Shown here piece after piece: positions 1 through 10,221 of a stretch of DNA of 64,000 nucleotides (the stretch's first letter is position 1; each line of letters starts with the position of its first letter). Made by a program: the position numbers and the translations under genes. The notes under the pieces were generated by a model. The model searched no databases, was not told where the DNA came from, and was given only the letters and a program-made list of their open reading frames with translations. This DNA is from Candidatus Cloacimonadota bacterium (GTDB taxonomy: Bacteria > Cloacimonadota > Cloacimonadia > G963667145), in NCBI GenBank assembly GCA_963676615.1, contig OY781092.1:32586-96585 (forward strand), written 5' to 3'.

Positions 1-1140
1 CTGCAGGTTGAGCGTTACAAAGGTATGGGCGTCGATGCGATTTACCTGCAGAACGCGCTTGATGCCAGCTATCCGTCGGGCGTCGTTAACAATTTTTATC
101 AGCTGAATTTGGCAATGGGCAGCAAAGAAGATTTTGACATTATGGTCGATGCGTTTGCGCAGCGGGAGATTGCCGTGGTTGTGCGGATGTGCGTGGACAG
201 CTCGACTCTGGAGTGCGGAATGTTCAAAGACGAGCAGCAGCGGCAGGAGTGTTATCCGATTTCCGATGTTAGGCGAAAGTGGAGCGATGCCAGCGGTGAT
301 TCTCTGTGGCATAGTTTCGGCGACGAGTTTTATCTCAGCCATCGTGAAAAGCGTTTTCCGCTACTAGATTGGCACAGTCCCGTGTTGCGCTCGAAAATTG
401 CCAAAGCAGTCCGACACTGGATGTCGCAAGGCGTCAAGGGGTTTGTCTTTGCTGGAATCGACGGCTGTATGTATGATCGGCAGGAGCAGCGCGATTTTCG
501 CCAAATGGACGAGCTGAATATGAAAGTGGTGCGATTTTTGAAAGATGTAGTGGCTGAGCGAGGCGATTGCTGCTCGCTGGGCGAGTTTGAGTTCTCTTTT
601 GAGGACGAGAAATTTTTGAAATATTCGGAAAAAGGGCTAGATTTGTTGCTGCGAGAGTTGCCCAGCGGTTTGGATTTTGAGAAGTTGGACGAGATTTTTC
701 CAAAATGGCAAGGGCGATTTTTGAGCTTTTTGCAACAAGAAGGTGCCCAGAACAAAAATTTTCGCCTGTGTAAACTCGCCGAGATTATCTTGAGCGCCGA
801 CAATTTGCTCTTGCAAGACGGCACATCGCCGCAAGATTTGCAGAGCTATCGCGACGACAACTTTTTTTCGGTTTTGCTGGGCTACAAAAAGCAGGCAGTT
901 TTGGGCGTTGAAAAAATCCTCAAAGGCGAGAGTTTGCGGAGTTTTTTGCTGAAATGCGTGGATGGAGCCTACCTCGTGGGGATAAATTTTGGCGAAAAAC
1001 AGGTGGAGTGGGACGGTGTAAATTCGGACGAAGTAGAGATTTTGCAGGCGGCAGACAAAGCGCTTTGTGGCGGCAAAAAGCAGGGGCAAACCGTTGTCCT
1101 TGAGCCGTTTAGCCTGGCGATTTGCAAGCTGCAGTGGTGA
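1..1140 (+). CDS. GH13 (alpha-amylase family)-like protein, 5' end outside window
   Basis: Frame is open from base 1 (LQVERYKG precedes listed Met). GVDAIYL, EDFDIMVDAFAQREIAVVV and GVKGFVFAGIDG resemble GH13 regions I/II. The usual His and nucleophile Asp are not obvious. Confidence 0.55.
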   Translation: MQVERYKGMGVDAIYLQNALDASYPSGVVNNFYQLNLAMGSKEDFDIMVDAFAQREIAVVVRMCVDSSTLECGMFKDEQQRQECYPISDVRRKWSDASGDSLWHSFGDEFYLSHREKRFPLLDWHSPVLRSKIAKAVRHWMSQGVKGFVFAGIDGCMYDRQEQRDFRQMDELNMKVVRFLKDVVAERGDCCSLGEFEFSFEDEKFLKYSEKGLDLLLRELPSGLDFEKLDEIFPKWQGRFLSFLQQEGAQNKNFRLCKLAEIILSADNLLLQDGTSPQDLQSYRDDNFFSVLLGYKKQAVLGVEKILKGESLRSFLLKCVDGAYLVGINFGEKQVEWDGVNSDEVEILQAADKALCGGKKQGQTVVLEPFSLAICKLQW

Positions 1141-1170
1141 TTTGGCGAGGAATTTTTATGGAGAAAACAG

Positions 1171-1890
1171 ATGATAAATAAGAGCGTGGTGACCAATTTT
1201 TTGAGCGGAAGTTTGGTGCTGATTGGCTATTTTGTGCCGTTTGGTAGCGAGAATTGGTGGTATCAGCAGATGGTTTTTAATGTAGGGCTTTTTGCGTTTT
1301 CGGGGGGCATCACCAACTGGATTGCGGTGTTTATGCTTTTCGAGAAAGTGCCGGGACTCTACGGCTCGGGCGTTATTCCGTCTCGGTTTCAGGAGTTCAA
1401 AGCGGGCATCAAAAATTTGATGATGAACCAGTTTTTTACCAAAGAGAATGTCGATAAATTTTTGGACGGCTCGAAATTGGAGCAGATAAATCTGACGCCG
1501 TTGGTGCAACAGACCGATTTTGACCCGATGTTCGAAGCTCTGGTAAAGTCGATTTTGGAGTCGTCTTTTGGCGGAATGCTCTCGATGGTTGGAGGAGCCG
1601 CAGTTTTGGAGAGCCTGCGTCAGCCAGTGGTCCAGCGGCTGAAAGAAGCCACCGTGCAGATGGTCTCAAGCGAAGATTTTCACCAAAAAGTTAGCCAAAA
1701 TTTGATTGGTAAAGACGACAAAATTTTGGAAAAAATTTCGACGATTGTGCAAAAAAGGTTGGACGAACTCACGCCAGAGTTGGTCAAAAAAATAATTCAA
1801 GATATGATAAGAAAGCACTTGGGCTGGCTGGTCGTGTGGGGCGGAGTGTTCGGCGGATTGATTGGCTTTGCCACGGTTTTCCTAAAATAA
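1171..1890 (+). CDS. DUF445-family membrane protein
   Basis: GGITNWIAVFMLFEKVPG motif plus hydrophobic N- and C-terminal helices. Confidence 0.55.
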   Translation: MINKSVVTNFLSGSLVLIGYFVPFGSENWWYQQMVFNVGLFAFSGGITNWIAVFMLFEKVPGLYGSGVIPSRFQEFKAGIKNLMMNQFFTKENVDKFLDGSKLEQINLTPLVQQTDFDPMFEALVKSILESSFGGMLSMVGGAAVLESLRQPVVQRLKEATVQMVSSEDFHQKVSQNLIGKDDKILEKISTIVQKRLDELTPELVKKIIQDMIRKHLGWLVVWGGVFGGLIGFATVFLK

Positions 1891-1905
1891 AAGGGGTAAA
1901 AAAAA

Positions 1906-2925
1906 ATGTTTGATAAGCTGTTGAGTATGTTCACCAAAAACATCGTAATCGATTTGGGCACGGCGAACACTTTGATATATGTGAAGGACGAGGGCGTGGT
2001 TTTGGACGAGCCGTCGATTGTGGCGATCTCTACCAAAGACAAAAAAAAGGTCAGTTTTGGGCGTGAAGCCAAAAAAATGCTGGGGAAAAATCCTGAGCTT
2101 ATTCAGGTGATACGGCCGCTTCAGGACGGTGTGATTGCCGACTTTGCGGTGACGGAGCTGATGCTTAAATATTTCATCAGAAAAGCGCAAGGCAAGCGGC
2201 TTTTGGTCAAGCCGAAAGTTATCGTCTGCATTCCGTCGGGGATTACCGAAGTGGAAAAAAGGGCTGTAAAAGACAGCGTGCTAAACTCTGGAGCACGAGA
2301 GGTTTACCTCATCTCCGAGCCAGTTGCGGCGGCTTTGGGAGCTGGCGTGCCGATTACCGAGCCACAAGGAAATTTGGTCATCGACATCGGCGGCGGCACG
2401 ACCGAGATTGCGGTGCTCTCGCTCTCCAACATCGTAACGCACAATTCCATCCGCATCGGTGGCGACAAGATGAACGACGCCATTGTCAACTATTTGCGTC
2501 TCAAGAAAAAAGTTTTCGTTGGATTGCTCACAGCCGAAGAGATTAAGCAAAAAGTCGGTTCCGCCCTAAAAATGGACAAGGAGCTGGAGATGGTCGTTAA
2601 GGGGCGCGATTTGGTGTCGGGCTTGCCGATTAAGTTCAAGGTCACATCAAATATGGTGCAAGAGGCGCTGGCGGACAATGTGCAAAAAATCGTTAGCGCG
2701 GTGTTGCAACTCTTCGAGATGACGCCAGCCGAGCTGACAGCCGACATCGCCGAAAACGGACTTTTCCTCACTGGAGGAGGTGCGCTGCTCAAAAATCTGG
2801 ACGCCAAACTTCGCCAAGAGACCAACTTGCCCATTCACCTCGTGCCAGAGCCGCTCACCTGCGTTGTGCGTGGCACAGGCAAAGTGATGGAGAATTTTGC
2901 CGAATACTCTTCCGTTTTGATTTAA
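1906..2925 (+). CDS. mreB: Rod shape-determining actin homologue MreB
   Basis: IDLGTANTLIYV, DIGGGTTEIAV and LTGGGALL actin-fold motifs. Lies upstream of mreC/mreD. Confidence 0.95.
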   Translation: MFDKLLSMFTKNIVIDLGTANTLIYVKDEGVVLDEPSIVAISTKDKKKVSFGREAKKMLGKNPELIQVIRPLQDGVIADFAVTELMLKYFIRKAQGKRLLVKPKVIVCIPSGITEVEKRAVKDSVLNSGAREVYLISEPVAAALGAGVPITEPQGNLVIDIGGGTTEIAVLSLSNIVTHNSIRIGGDKMNDAIVNYLRLKKKVFVGLLTAEEIKQKVGSALKMDKELEMVVKGRDLVSGLPIKFKVTSNMVQEALADNVQKIVSAVLQLFEMTPAELTADIAENGLFLTGGGALLKNLDAKLRQETNLPIHLVPEPLTCVVRGTGKVMENFAEYSSVLI

Positions 2926-2947
2926 AAATTTTGCTCTTTTTACAAAA

Positions 2948-3685
2948 ATGAAGACAAAGTATCAGCTGCTTTTGCTCGTTCTGTTCAGCTTTTTCATAAT
3001 GCTCTCCAGCCAAGTCCACAAGCAATTTGTGGCGAACCAGCTGGGCAAATATCTCTATCTGCCGTTCATTGCGCCGATAAAATATTTGAAATCTATCGAC
3101 GATTTGCGGGGCAAAAATCAGCAATTGCAACAAGAAAACCGCAGGCTTTTGCAACAAGTTTTGGCGTATGGCGACCAGAAATTGCTATTGGAAAAAGAGG
3201 ACTTGCAAAAAAAAGGGATGCAATTGGCGATTGTCGTCGGCAATCTGGGCAACTACAACCAGCGGAGCTTGCTGCTGGATGTTGGCGCAAATCAGGGCGT
3301 GCAAAAAGGCGCACCCGTGATTACCTCGCAAGGCGTTGTGGGCAAAGTGGCGAGCGTGCAGCGCAACACGGCGCAGGTTTTGCCTGTGGGGAACACAAAT
3401 TTTCGCCTGAGTGTAAAGAGTAAACGGGCGAGAGTGCAAGGAATGCTCACCACTTCGCTGGACGGCACGGTCTTTGTCGATATGATCGACTTTGGCGCAG
3501 ATGTGAAGCCCGGCGACCATTTTATCTCCTCCAATCTTTCGTCGATTTTCCCCGAAGGCATCAGCGTCGGCGTGGTGCAATACCTGCGCTCGTCGGATTA
3601 TGGCAACAGAATTCAGGCGGTTTTGCAGCCGTCGGTGAACATCGCCAATTTGGAAGCGGTTTACATTCTGGAGGCGAAAAAATGA
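2948..3685 (+). CDS. mreC: Rod shape-determining protein MreC
   Basis: N-terminal TM, coiled-coil (LRGKNQQLQQENRRLLQQ), C-terminal beta domain (VITSQGVVGKV). Position after mreB. Confidence 0.85.
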   Translation: MKTKYQLLLLVLFSFFIMLSSQVHKQFVANQLGKYLYLPFIAPIKYLKSIDDLRGKNQQLQQENRRLLQQVLAYGDQKLLLEKEDLQKKGMQLAIVVGNLGNYNQRSLLLDVGANQGVQKGAPVITSQGVVGKVASVQRNTAQVLPVGNTNFRLSVKSKRARVQGMLTTSLDGTVFVDMIDFGADVKPGDHFISSNLSSIFPEGISVGVVQYLRSSDYGNRIQAVLQPSVNIANLEAVYILEAKK

Positions 3686-4179
3686 TTTTAAAAAACGCGA
3701 AATTTTTTTGCGTCGGCGCCTTGGCGCTCTACTTTCAGCTATTTTTGGGCGACTATCTGTCCGTCAGCGGCAGCCTGGCGAACTTCTTGCTCCCGTTTGC
3801 GCTGCTCTGCTACTTGATTTGGGGAATGAGCAAAAAATCGATTTGGCTGCTCTTTTTTTTGGGAATAGGCTGCGATGTCGTCAACGCCAACCTTTTCGGT
3901 TTCACGCCGTTCGTCTTGCTCAGCGCGCTGTGGTTAGCATCCAAGCTATTTTTGGTCTTCAACGACCGAAGCATCTTCTCGTGCCTGCTGGTGCTGCTTC
4001 TGCTAACGATTTTTTATCAAGCCGTTTTTTATGCGGCAAACATTTTGCTGATTTCCCAATCGAGCGTTGGCACATTTTGGCAAACGATGTCGTATTTTGC
4101 GGGCTCGCTCTTTTCCAACGCGGCGATTTTTATCTTTCTAAGCCTTCTTTTTCATCTGAAACTGAAATTTCATGAATAA
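3682..4179 (+). CDS. mreD: Rod shape-determining protein MreD
   Basis: Polytopic 165-aa membrane protein. ATGA overlap with mreC and position between mreC and PBP2. Confidence 0.75.
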   Translation: MILKNAKFFCVGALALYFQLFLGDYLSVSGSLANFLLPFALLCYLIWGMSKKSIWLLFFLGIGCDVVNANLFGFTPFVLLSALWLASKLFLVFNDRSIFSCLLVLLLLTIFYQAVFYAANILLISQSSVGTFWQTMSYFAGSLFSNAAIFIFLSLLFHLKLKFHE

Positions 4180-5926
4180 CCTCAATAAGCTAAAAATTTT
4201 CTTCTTTTTGATAATCGTCTGCTTCTTCGTTTTGCTTGGGCGACTATTGTGGATGCAGATCGGACAAGGCGAATATTACAAAGAGATTGCCCAGAACAAT
4301 AGCTTTGTCAAAAGGAGAGTGCTGCCTGCGCGCGGCGTGATTTACGACCGCCTTTATCGTCCTCTTGCGGTCAATCGCTCGTCGATAAACCTCTATATTT
4401 TGCCAGCCGAAATCGACACCTTGCCTCGATACACAAACTTTTTGGAATCGGTATTTGATACCGACAGCAGCTTTGTTTTTCGGTTGCAACAGAAGCTCCA
4501 AAAAGGCGGCAAGGAAATTTTGCTGCACGAAGATTTGCCGTATGAGCAATTCGTCAAATTGGCGGAAGAGCAAAACAACTACCCAGCCATCAGCATCAAG
4601 AGCGAGAGTCGGCGCAAGTATAACATCAAGTCGCATTTTTTGGGATATGTCCGCAACATCGGGGCGCAGGAGTATCAGCAGCTCAAAAGCAAAGGCTACA
4701 ACCTCAACAGCTTTATTGGCAAAAGAGGCTTGGAAAAGCAGTATGAGGCGCTGTTGCGGGGCAGTCCTGGCTATCGTCTGGAGAAAAAAAACGCGCTTGG
4801 CAAAACTTTCGGCATTTTCGCAGAAGGGCTGAAAGTGCAAAACGGCAAGTCGATTGTGCTCAGCATCGATGTGGATTTGCAAGAAAAAATCGCCAAGATG
4901 TTTGAGGGCAGCGCATACAAAGGCTTTGTCGGGGTGATGAACGCCGAAACTGGCGGACTTTTGGCTTATGTGAGTTTGCCGCAATACGACAGCAACCTCC
5001 TGAATCAAAGCATCAGCCGCAATGTTTGGCAGTCGCTGCTGCTGGACACGCTCAATCCGCTTTTGGATCGTGGAATCGGCGCGGTCTATCCGCCGGGCTC
5101 GATTTTTAAGCCCGTCACGGCGTCGCTGGCGCTAGAGGAGAACATCATCGACGCGCAAACGACTCTGGCAAAATGCACAGGCAAGTTTCGCTACGGCGGC
5201 AACACCTTTCGTTGCTGGGACGCTGGCGGTCACGGCGAGCTGAATGTCGTGCAAGCGCTGCAGCACTCTTGCGATGTCTTTTTCTACGACCTGTCGCTAC
5301 GATTAAATCTGGAAAATTTCCGCCAGTTCACCAAAAAATGTGGGGTGACCGTCAAAACTGGCGTCGATTTGCCCAGTGAAGTTGAGGGATTTTTCCCATC
5401 GCGCTATTGGTATAAAAAAAAGTTCCCGTTCATCTCGTCGCAACAAGGCTTCAAGATAAATATGGCTATCGGTCAGGGCGAGCTGGAAGTCACGCCGCTG
5501 CAGATGTTGGCGTATTATGGAGCGCTTGCCAACGGCGGAGTTTGGCGACAGCCGCATTTTTTGAAAAGAGTCGAGGGCAGCAATCAGGACATCGACTTTT
5601 CGTCGTTTGAGCTGAGCATCTCCGACAGCACCCTAAAGCTCATCCAGCAGGGCTTGTATCAGGTCGTTAACGCCAAAGACGGCACGGCGCCACGGGCAAA
5701 ACTGGCAGACCCAGTGATGTATGGCAAAACAGGCACGGCGCAAAACCACATCAGCGAGCTGCCCCATGTGTGGTTTGCGGGCTATTGCAAATTCAAAAAT
5801 CCCGCTTATCCGACACTCGCCTATATCGTTTTTTTGGAAAATATTGACGGTGGCGGAGGCTCTGTGGCAGCACCAATTGCCGCCAAAATAATTCGAGATT
5901 ACGCAAAAATTTTGAAAGAGAGATAA
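4172..5926 (+). CDS. mrdA: Penicillin-binding protein 2 (elongasome transpeptidase)
   Basis: N-terminal TM, PBP dimerisation region, SxxK (GSIFKP), KTG (GKTGTA). Followed by rodA. Confidence 0.9.
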   Translation: MNNLNKLKIFFFLIIVCFFVLLGRLLWMQIGQGEYYKEIAQNNSFVKRRVLPARGVIYDRLYRPLAVNRSSINLYILPAEIDTLPRYTNFLESVFDTDSSFVFRLQQKLQKGGKEILLHEDLPYEQFVKLAEEQNNYPAISIKSESRRKYNIKSHFLGYVRNIGAQEYQQLKSKGYNLNSFIGKRGLEKQYEALLRGSPGYRLEKKNALGKTFGIFAEGLKVQNGKSIVLSIDVDLQEKIAKMFEGSAYKGFVGVMNAETGGLLAYVSLPQYDSNLLNQSISRNVWQSLLLDTLNPLLDRGIGAVYPPGSIFKPVTASLALEENIIDAQTTLAKCTGKFRYGGNTFRCWDAGGHGELNVVQALQHSCDVFFYDLSLRLNLENFRQFTKKCGVTVKTGVDLPSEVEGFFPSRYWYKKKFPFISSQQGFKINMAIGQGELEVTPLQMLAYYGALANGGVWRQPHFLKRVEGSNQDIDFSSFELSISDSTLKLIQQGLYQVVNAKDGTAPRAKLADPVMYGKTGTAQNHISELPHVWFAGYCKFKNPAYPTLAYIVFLENIDGGGGSVAAPIAAKIIRDYAKILKER

Positions 5927-7146
5927 TGAACAAAATATTAAATTTCAGGAAATTTGATCAGCCGCTTTTGGTGCTCTATCTTTTGCTGCTAGCCATCGGC
6001 TGGCTGGCTATCTACAGCGCCACCTATGGCGTGCTGACTCAGCAGCAGGAAGTTTTGGACAGATTTTACATCAAGCAAATCTATTGGATGGTGTTTTCGT
6101 GCCTTGCGGTTTTTGCGATTCTAAAAACACCGATGCACTATCTGGAGATGCTCCCCAAGACCATATTCATCTTTTCGCTGGCGATGTTGGTGCTGGTCTT
6201 TTTTTTCCCCGCAGTAAAAGGTGCGCATCGCTGGATAAAACTCCCCGGCATTCAATTTCAGCCATCCGAGCTGATGAAAATTGGCTTTGTGCTGTTTGGT
6301 AGCCAGATAATCGTCGAGGCGAAAACCAATTGGGAAATCGTCTGGAAATTCGGCGGAACTCTGCTGCTGACCACGGGACTCATCGTCGCCGAGCCAAACC
6401 TCAGCGGAACGCTCGCTTACTTCTTCATCTTTTTCGTGATGCTCTGCTTCTCCCGCATTCCATTCTACTACCTAGTCAGCGTGCTGGCGCCGATTTTCAG
6501 CGTCGTTTTCGTCACCAACTTTTGGCTCTTCCTGATTTACTTTGCGATAGTCGCCTACTACCTCGCCGTTTTTTCCGACTACTCGGTCGTCAAAAAATCT
6601 ATCTCGATACTGATGATTCTCTTCATCTATTTCAACATTCCCGTGGCGTGGAACCTGCTCAAAGATTATCAAAAAAACAGAATTTTGGTCTTCGTCGATC
6701 CGAGTCTCGACCCGCTTGGCGCAGGCTATCAGATTATCCAGTCCAAAATCGCCGTCGGCTCTGGCGAACTTTTTGGGAAAGGCTATTTGCAAGGCACGCA
6801 AAAAAATCTCAAATTCTTGCCAGAAAGCCACAACGACTTCATTTTTTCCACGATTTGCGAAGAAGTCGGATTTTTGGGAGCGTTTTTTTTGCTACTCATC
6901 TATTTTTTGTTTTTTTGGCGGATTATTTACTTGACGAGTAATCAAAAAGATAAGAATAGATTCTTGGTGAGCGTCGGTTTTTTGGCATTTTTGTTTTACC
7001 AATTTATGATAAACACGGGCATGACCCTTGGTTTGCTTCCGTCCACGGGAGTGTCGTTGCCGTTTTTGAGCTACGGCGGCTCAAACCTTGTGATAGCTTC
7101 GATGGCGGTTGCTTATTTAATGAAAAAATCTGAATATAGTAGTTGA
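5926..7146 (+). CDS. rodA: SEDS glycosyltransferase RodA
   Basis: FtsW/RodA/SpoVE family polytopic protein (PESHNDFIFS, SYGGSN). Directly follows mrdA. Confidence 0.9.
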   Translation: MNKILNFRKFDQPLLVLYLLLLAIGWLAIYSATYGVLTQQQEVLDRFYIKQIYWMVFSCLAVFAILKTPMHYLEMLPKTIFIFSLAMLVLVFFFPAVKGAHRWIKLPGIQFQPSELMKIGFVLFGSQIIVEAKTNWEIVWKFGGTLLLTTGLIVAEPNLSGTLAYFFIFFVMLCFSRIPFYYLVSVLAPIFSVVFVTNFWLFLIYFAIVAYYLAVFSDYSVVKKSISILMILFIYFNIPVAWNLLKDYQKNRILVFVDPSLDPLGAGYQIIQSKIAVGSGELFGKGYLQGTQKNLKFLPESHNDFIFSTICEEVGFLGAFFLLLIYFLFFWRIIYLTSNQKDKNRFLVSVGFLAFLFYQFMINTGMTLGLLPSTGVSLPFLSYGGSNLVIASMAVAYLMKKSEYSS

Positions 7147-7163
7147 TAAGGAGATGAAAAAAT

Positions 7164-7421
7164 ATGAGTTTTATTTATAAAAAAGAGGATTTCTGCATCC
7201 CAGTGACCAAAGCTTGCAGCAGGTCAGAAGTTGAATTTATCGTCAAAGATTTCATCGGGAAAAAGATAACTTTTTGCCTTGGCGGAGACGAAGAAGAGAC
7301 CGAGATTTGGCGTCAAGCTGGCGATCGCGATCTCGACTGCATCAAGAAAAAAGGCTCGCCAGAAAATCCAGTGGCTGTGTATGTGGAAGGTGTAAAACAA
7401 GAAGATTACACGATTGGTTAA
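7164..7421 (+). CDS. Hypothetical 85-aa protein
   Basis: ORF only, with a GGAG-like SD upstream. No recognisable motif. Confidence 0.4.
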   Translation: MSFIYKKEDFCIPVTKACSRSEVEFIVKDFIGKKITFCLGGDEEETEIWRQAGDRDLDCIKKKGSPENPVAVYVEGVKQEDYTIG

Positions 7422-7427
7422 TTTTAG

Positions 7428-7994
7428 GTGAAAAAGTTTGTTGTAAGCTTTTTTCTGTCCGCAATTTGTTTATCTCTCTGGGCTCACCCGCATATTTGGG
7501 TTGAGTCCAGTTTGGCTTTGGTTGTAAAAGAAAATTTGCAGGCAGAATTGCAAGTCGGTTGGAGTTTCGACCCAATGTTTACCAGCATTATTTGCGAAGA
7601 TTACGACCTAGACAAAAACGGCAAACTCAGCAAAAGCGAGGCGAAAAAAATCGAAAAAGAGGCGTTTAGCAATCTCAAAAATTTCGATTTTTACACCTAC
7701 ATTTTCGTCGATGGCGTGCGTCTGCCCACAAAATATCAAAACTTTTCGGTCAGGCTCTCGGAAGAAAAAGCCGTTTACTGCTTCACAGTGCCGTTCAAAC
7801 TCCCCAAATCGAAAAAATTTACGATCCAGTTTGCTTGCTACGACCCAACGATTTTCACCGACTTGCTCTTGGTGGACGACCCGCTGGTGATACTTCCTGC
7901 GGGCTACTCCTACACGATGAGTTATCTGGAGCTTCAGGTTTTGGGCGAGGTCGAATTTCCGCAAATCGTGAATCTGGAGGTGGAAAAAAAATGA
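7428..7994 (+). CDS. DUF1007-family periplasmic protein (metal-uptake partner)
   Basis: Signal peptide then the HPHIWV motif typical of DUF1007. 4-nt overlap with the downstream NicO-type transporter. Confidence 0.7.
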   Translation: MKKFVVSFFLSAICLSLWAHPHIWVESSLALVVKENLQAELQVGWSFDPMFTSIICEDYDLDKNGKLSKSEAKKIEKEAFSNLKNFDFYTYIFVDGVRLPTKYQNFSVRLSEEKAVYCFTVPFKLPKSKKFTIQFACYDPTIFTDLLLVDDPLVILPAGYSYTMSYLELQVLGEVEFPQIVNLEVEKK

Positions 7995-8842
7995 GGCGTT
8001 GGCTACTGCTATTTGCGTTGGTTTCGCTCATCGGAACAGCTTTTGCTGCAAATCCGTTTTTCACGGGCAAAAAAAATGAGTCGGCTGCCAAAGTGGAATC
8101 TTTCACCAAAAGCAAGCCGTTTTCGCTTCTTTTGCGTGTGCAGCGAGATCTGAACTCAAAAATCGTTAGCGCCAGCAAAGAGGTGCGACAAAATTGGTGG
8201 AAACTTTTTCCGCTGGTAGCGCTGGTTTTCGCCTACGGAATTTTGCACGCGCTTGGTCCAGGGCACGGCAAAGTTTTTTCGGCGCTCTACTTTATGTCCG
8301 AAAAAGTCTCGCTCTCGCGTGGAATTTTTCTCAGCCTCCTCATTGGGTTTTTGCACGGGCTGATGGGCGTGCTGCTGGTGGTGATTTTGAAATACCTTTT
8401 GCAGATTTACAGCTACCTTTTGCAACAAAATCTTGCTCAAGTCATCCAGCGAACCTCCTACTTTTTGATAAGTCTGCTGGGGCTGTATTTCGTGGGCAAA
8501 AAAATATTTGCAAAAAAAAATCGCTCGGCAGAATCTGGCAAAAAAAGCGCTATCGCCCTAGCTCTTTCGGTCTCCATCGTGCCTTGTCCAGGCGTGGTGA
8601 TGATTATGCTCTTCTGCATCTCGGCAGGAGCTTTGCCGCTGGGGCTAATCCTGAGCGCTTTTATGAGCGTCGGAATGGGCTTAACGATTGCCGTTATCGG
8701 CTTGGCGACCCTTTTCCTAAAAAATTTCTCGCTTGGTTGGATAGAAAAAAAAGCGGTTTTTCAAATTCGCTTGATAGTCGAATATTTTTTCGCTATCTTC
8801 TTGTTTTTGTATGGATTGTTGCTATTTGTTGGAACTTTTTAA
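7991..8842 (+). CDS. Nickel/cobalt transporter (NicO/RcnA-like)
   Basis: HALGPGHGK signature and polytopic membrane protein. Start chosen at ATG 7991 (MRRWLLLFAL signal-like), not the longer ORF. Confidence 0.7.
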   Translation: MRRWLLLFALVSLIGTAFAANPFFTGKKNESAAKVESFTKSKPFSLLLRVQRDLNSKIVSASKEVRQNWWKLFPLVALVFAYGILHALGPGHGKVFSALYFMSEKVSLSRGIFLSLLIGFLHGLMGVLLVVILKYLLQIYSYLLQQNLAQVIQRTSYFLISLLGLYFVGKKIFAKKNRSAESGKKSAIALALSVSIVPCPGVVMIMLFCISAGALPLGLILSAFMSVGMGLTIAVIGLATLFLKNFSLGWIEKKAVFQIRLIVEYFFAIFLFLYGLLLFVGTF

Positions 8843-8873
8843 AAGAAAAAACGATTATTAAGGAGGCTGTTTG

Positions 8874-9506
8874 ATGAGAAAAATATTGCGAGACCCAATG
8901 AGCGGATTCACGCATTTTATCGGTTTTGGACTCGCCATTTGGGCGCTGGTAATGTTGCTCCTTCGCCAAAACAACACCGCCATCAGCTACACATCTTTGT
9001 CGATATTTGGCGCGGGAATGATTCTGCTCTACCTCTTTAGCACCCTCTACCACTGGCTGCCTCTGCGCGAAAAAGGCGTGCGAATTTTCCGCAAAATCGA
9101 CCACATAATGATTTTCGTCTTCATTGCGGCAACCTACACGCCGATTTGCCTTCTGACTCTGCACGGCGCTTGGGGTTGGAGCCTGTTTGGCGTTTGTTGG
9201 GGGCTAGTAGTTGCGGGAATTTTCCTCAAAATCTTTTGGCTTGCCGCTCCCAGATGGCTCTACACTGGCATTTATCTGGCAATGGGCTGGATCGTTATCG
9301 TCGCCATCCGCCCAGTTTTGCGCAATTTGCCCTCTGGCGGCTTGTATCTGCTGGTGCTCGGCGGCTTGTTTTATTCTGTCGGAGCGGTGATTTACGCCCT
9401 CAAAAAGCCAAATTTTCGCTATCTAAGTTTTCACGATATTTGGCACATTTTTGTAATGCTCGGCAGTTTTTCGCACTTTTATATGATTTATTATTTTGTG
9501 TATTAG
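8874..9506 (+). CDS. Hemolysin III / PAQR family membrane protein
   Basis: 7-TM pattern with LYLFSTLYH, RKIDHIMIF and HDIWHIFV motifs. Confidence 0.8.
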   Translation: MRKILRDPMSGFTHFIGFGLAIWALVMLLLRQNNTAISYTSLSIFGAGMILLYLFSTLYHWLPLREKGVRIFRKIDHIMIFVFIAATYTPICLLTLHGAWGWSLFGVCWGLVVAGIFLKIFWLAAPRWLYTGIYLAMGWIVIVAIRPVLRNLPSGGLYLLVLGGLFYSVGAVIYALKKPNFRYLSFHDIWHIFVMLGSFSHFYMIYYFVY

Positions 9507-9572
9507 GCAAAAAAACCGCTGATTGTCAGCAGAGAAAAAATTTAAGGTAGGCAATACCGAAGGAAGAAAAAG

Positions 9573-10100
9573 ATGAAATACAAAGTCGTGGAGATAATCA
9601 GCAAAGAGACTTTGGCGAAAAAAGTCAGGGAGCTTGGCGAGCAAATCAGCAAAGATCACAGCGGGAAAGAGCTTGTGGTTGTTGGACTTTTGCGCGGTTC
9701 GGTGATTTTTTTGGCAGACCTCGTGCGGGAGATTTCGTTGGAATCCAAAATTGATTTTTTGGTGGTCTCCAGCTATGGAAAGCAGATGGAATCGTCGCGC
9801 GATGTGAAAATCCTCAAAGATTTGGAAGAGCAAATCGAGGGCAAAAATGTGCTGCTGGTGGAAGACATCATCGACACGGGCTATACCCTGAAAAAAATTG
9901 CCAACATTTTGAAACTCCGCAAGCCCGCTTCGCTAAAGGTCTGCACGCTTTTGGACAAGCCCGAGCGGCGCCTTGTGGATATGAGCGTCGATTATGTCGG
10001 CTTCCAAATCCCCGATGAGTTCGTCGTCGGCTACGGCATCGACTACGCCCAAAATCATCGGAATTTGCCCTATGTGGGCAAAGTGGTGATGGAGGATTGA
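9573..10100 (+). CDS. hpt: Hypoxanthine phosphoribosyltransferase
   Basis: PRPP-binding [14 protein letters not shown] and C-terminal [11 protein letters not shown]. Confidence 0.9.
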   Translation: MKYKVVEIISKETLAKKVRELGEQISKDHSGKELVVVGLLRGSVIFLADLVREISLESKIDFLVVSSYGKQMESSRDVKILKDLEEQIEGKNVLLVEDIIDTGYTLKKIANILKLRKPASLKVCTLLDKPERRLVDMSVDYVGFQIPDEFVVGYGIDYAQNHRNLPYVGKVVMED

Positions 10101-10221
10101 GTAGAAAAATTTCAGATTTTTCAAAAAAAAGAAAGCGGCAAAAAACCTCGCTGAAAAACAAAAAACCGATTAACAATTGACAGAACACCGAACTCTTTTT
10201 TTTTGAAGAAAAAGAAAAAAG

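Noticed and set aside
4244-5008. 254-aa minus-strand ORF
   Set aside because: It is antisense to mrdA (PBP2), so it is a shadow ORF.
7835-7990. N-terminal extension of the NicO-type transporter ORF
   Set aside because: The extension overlaps the DUF1007 gene in another frame. ATG 7991 gives a signal-like N-terminus and a 4-nt overlap with the upstream stop.
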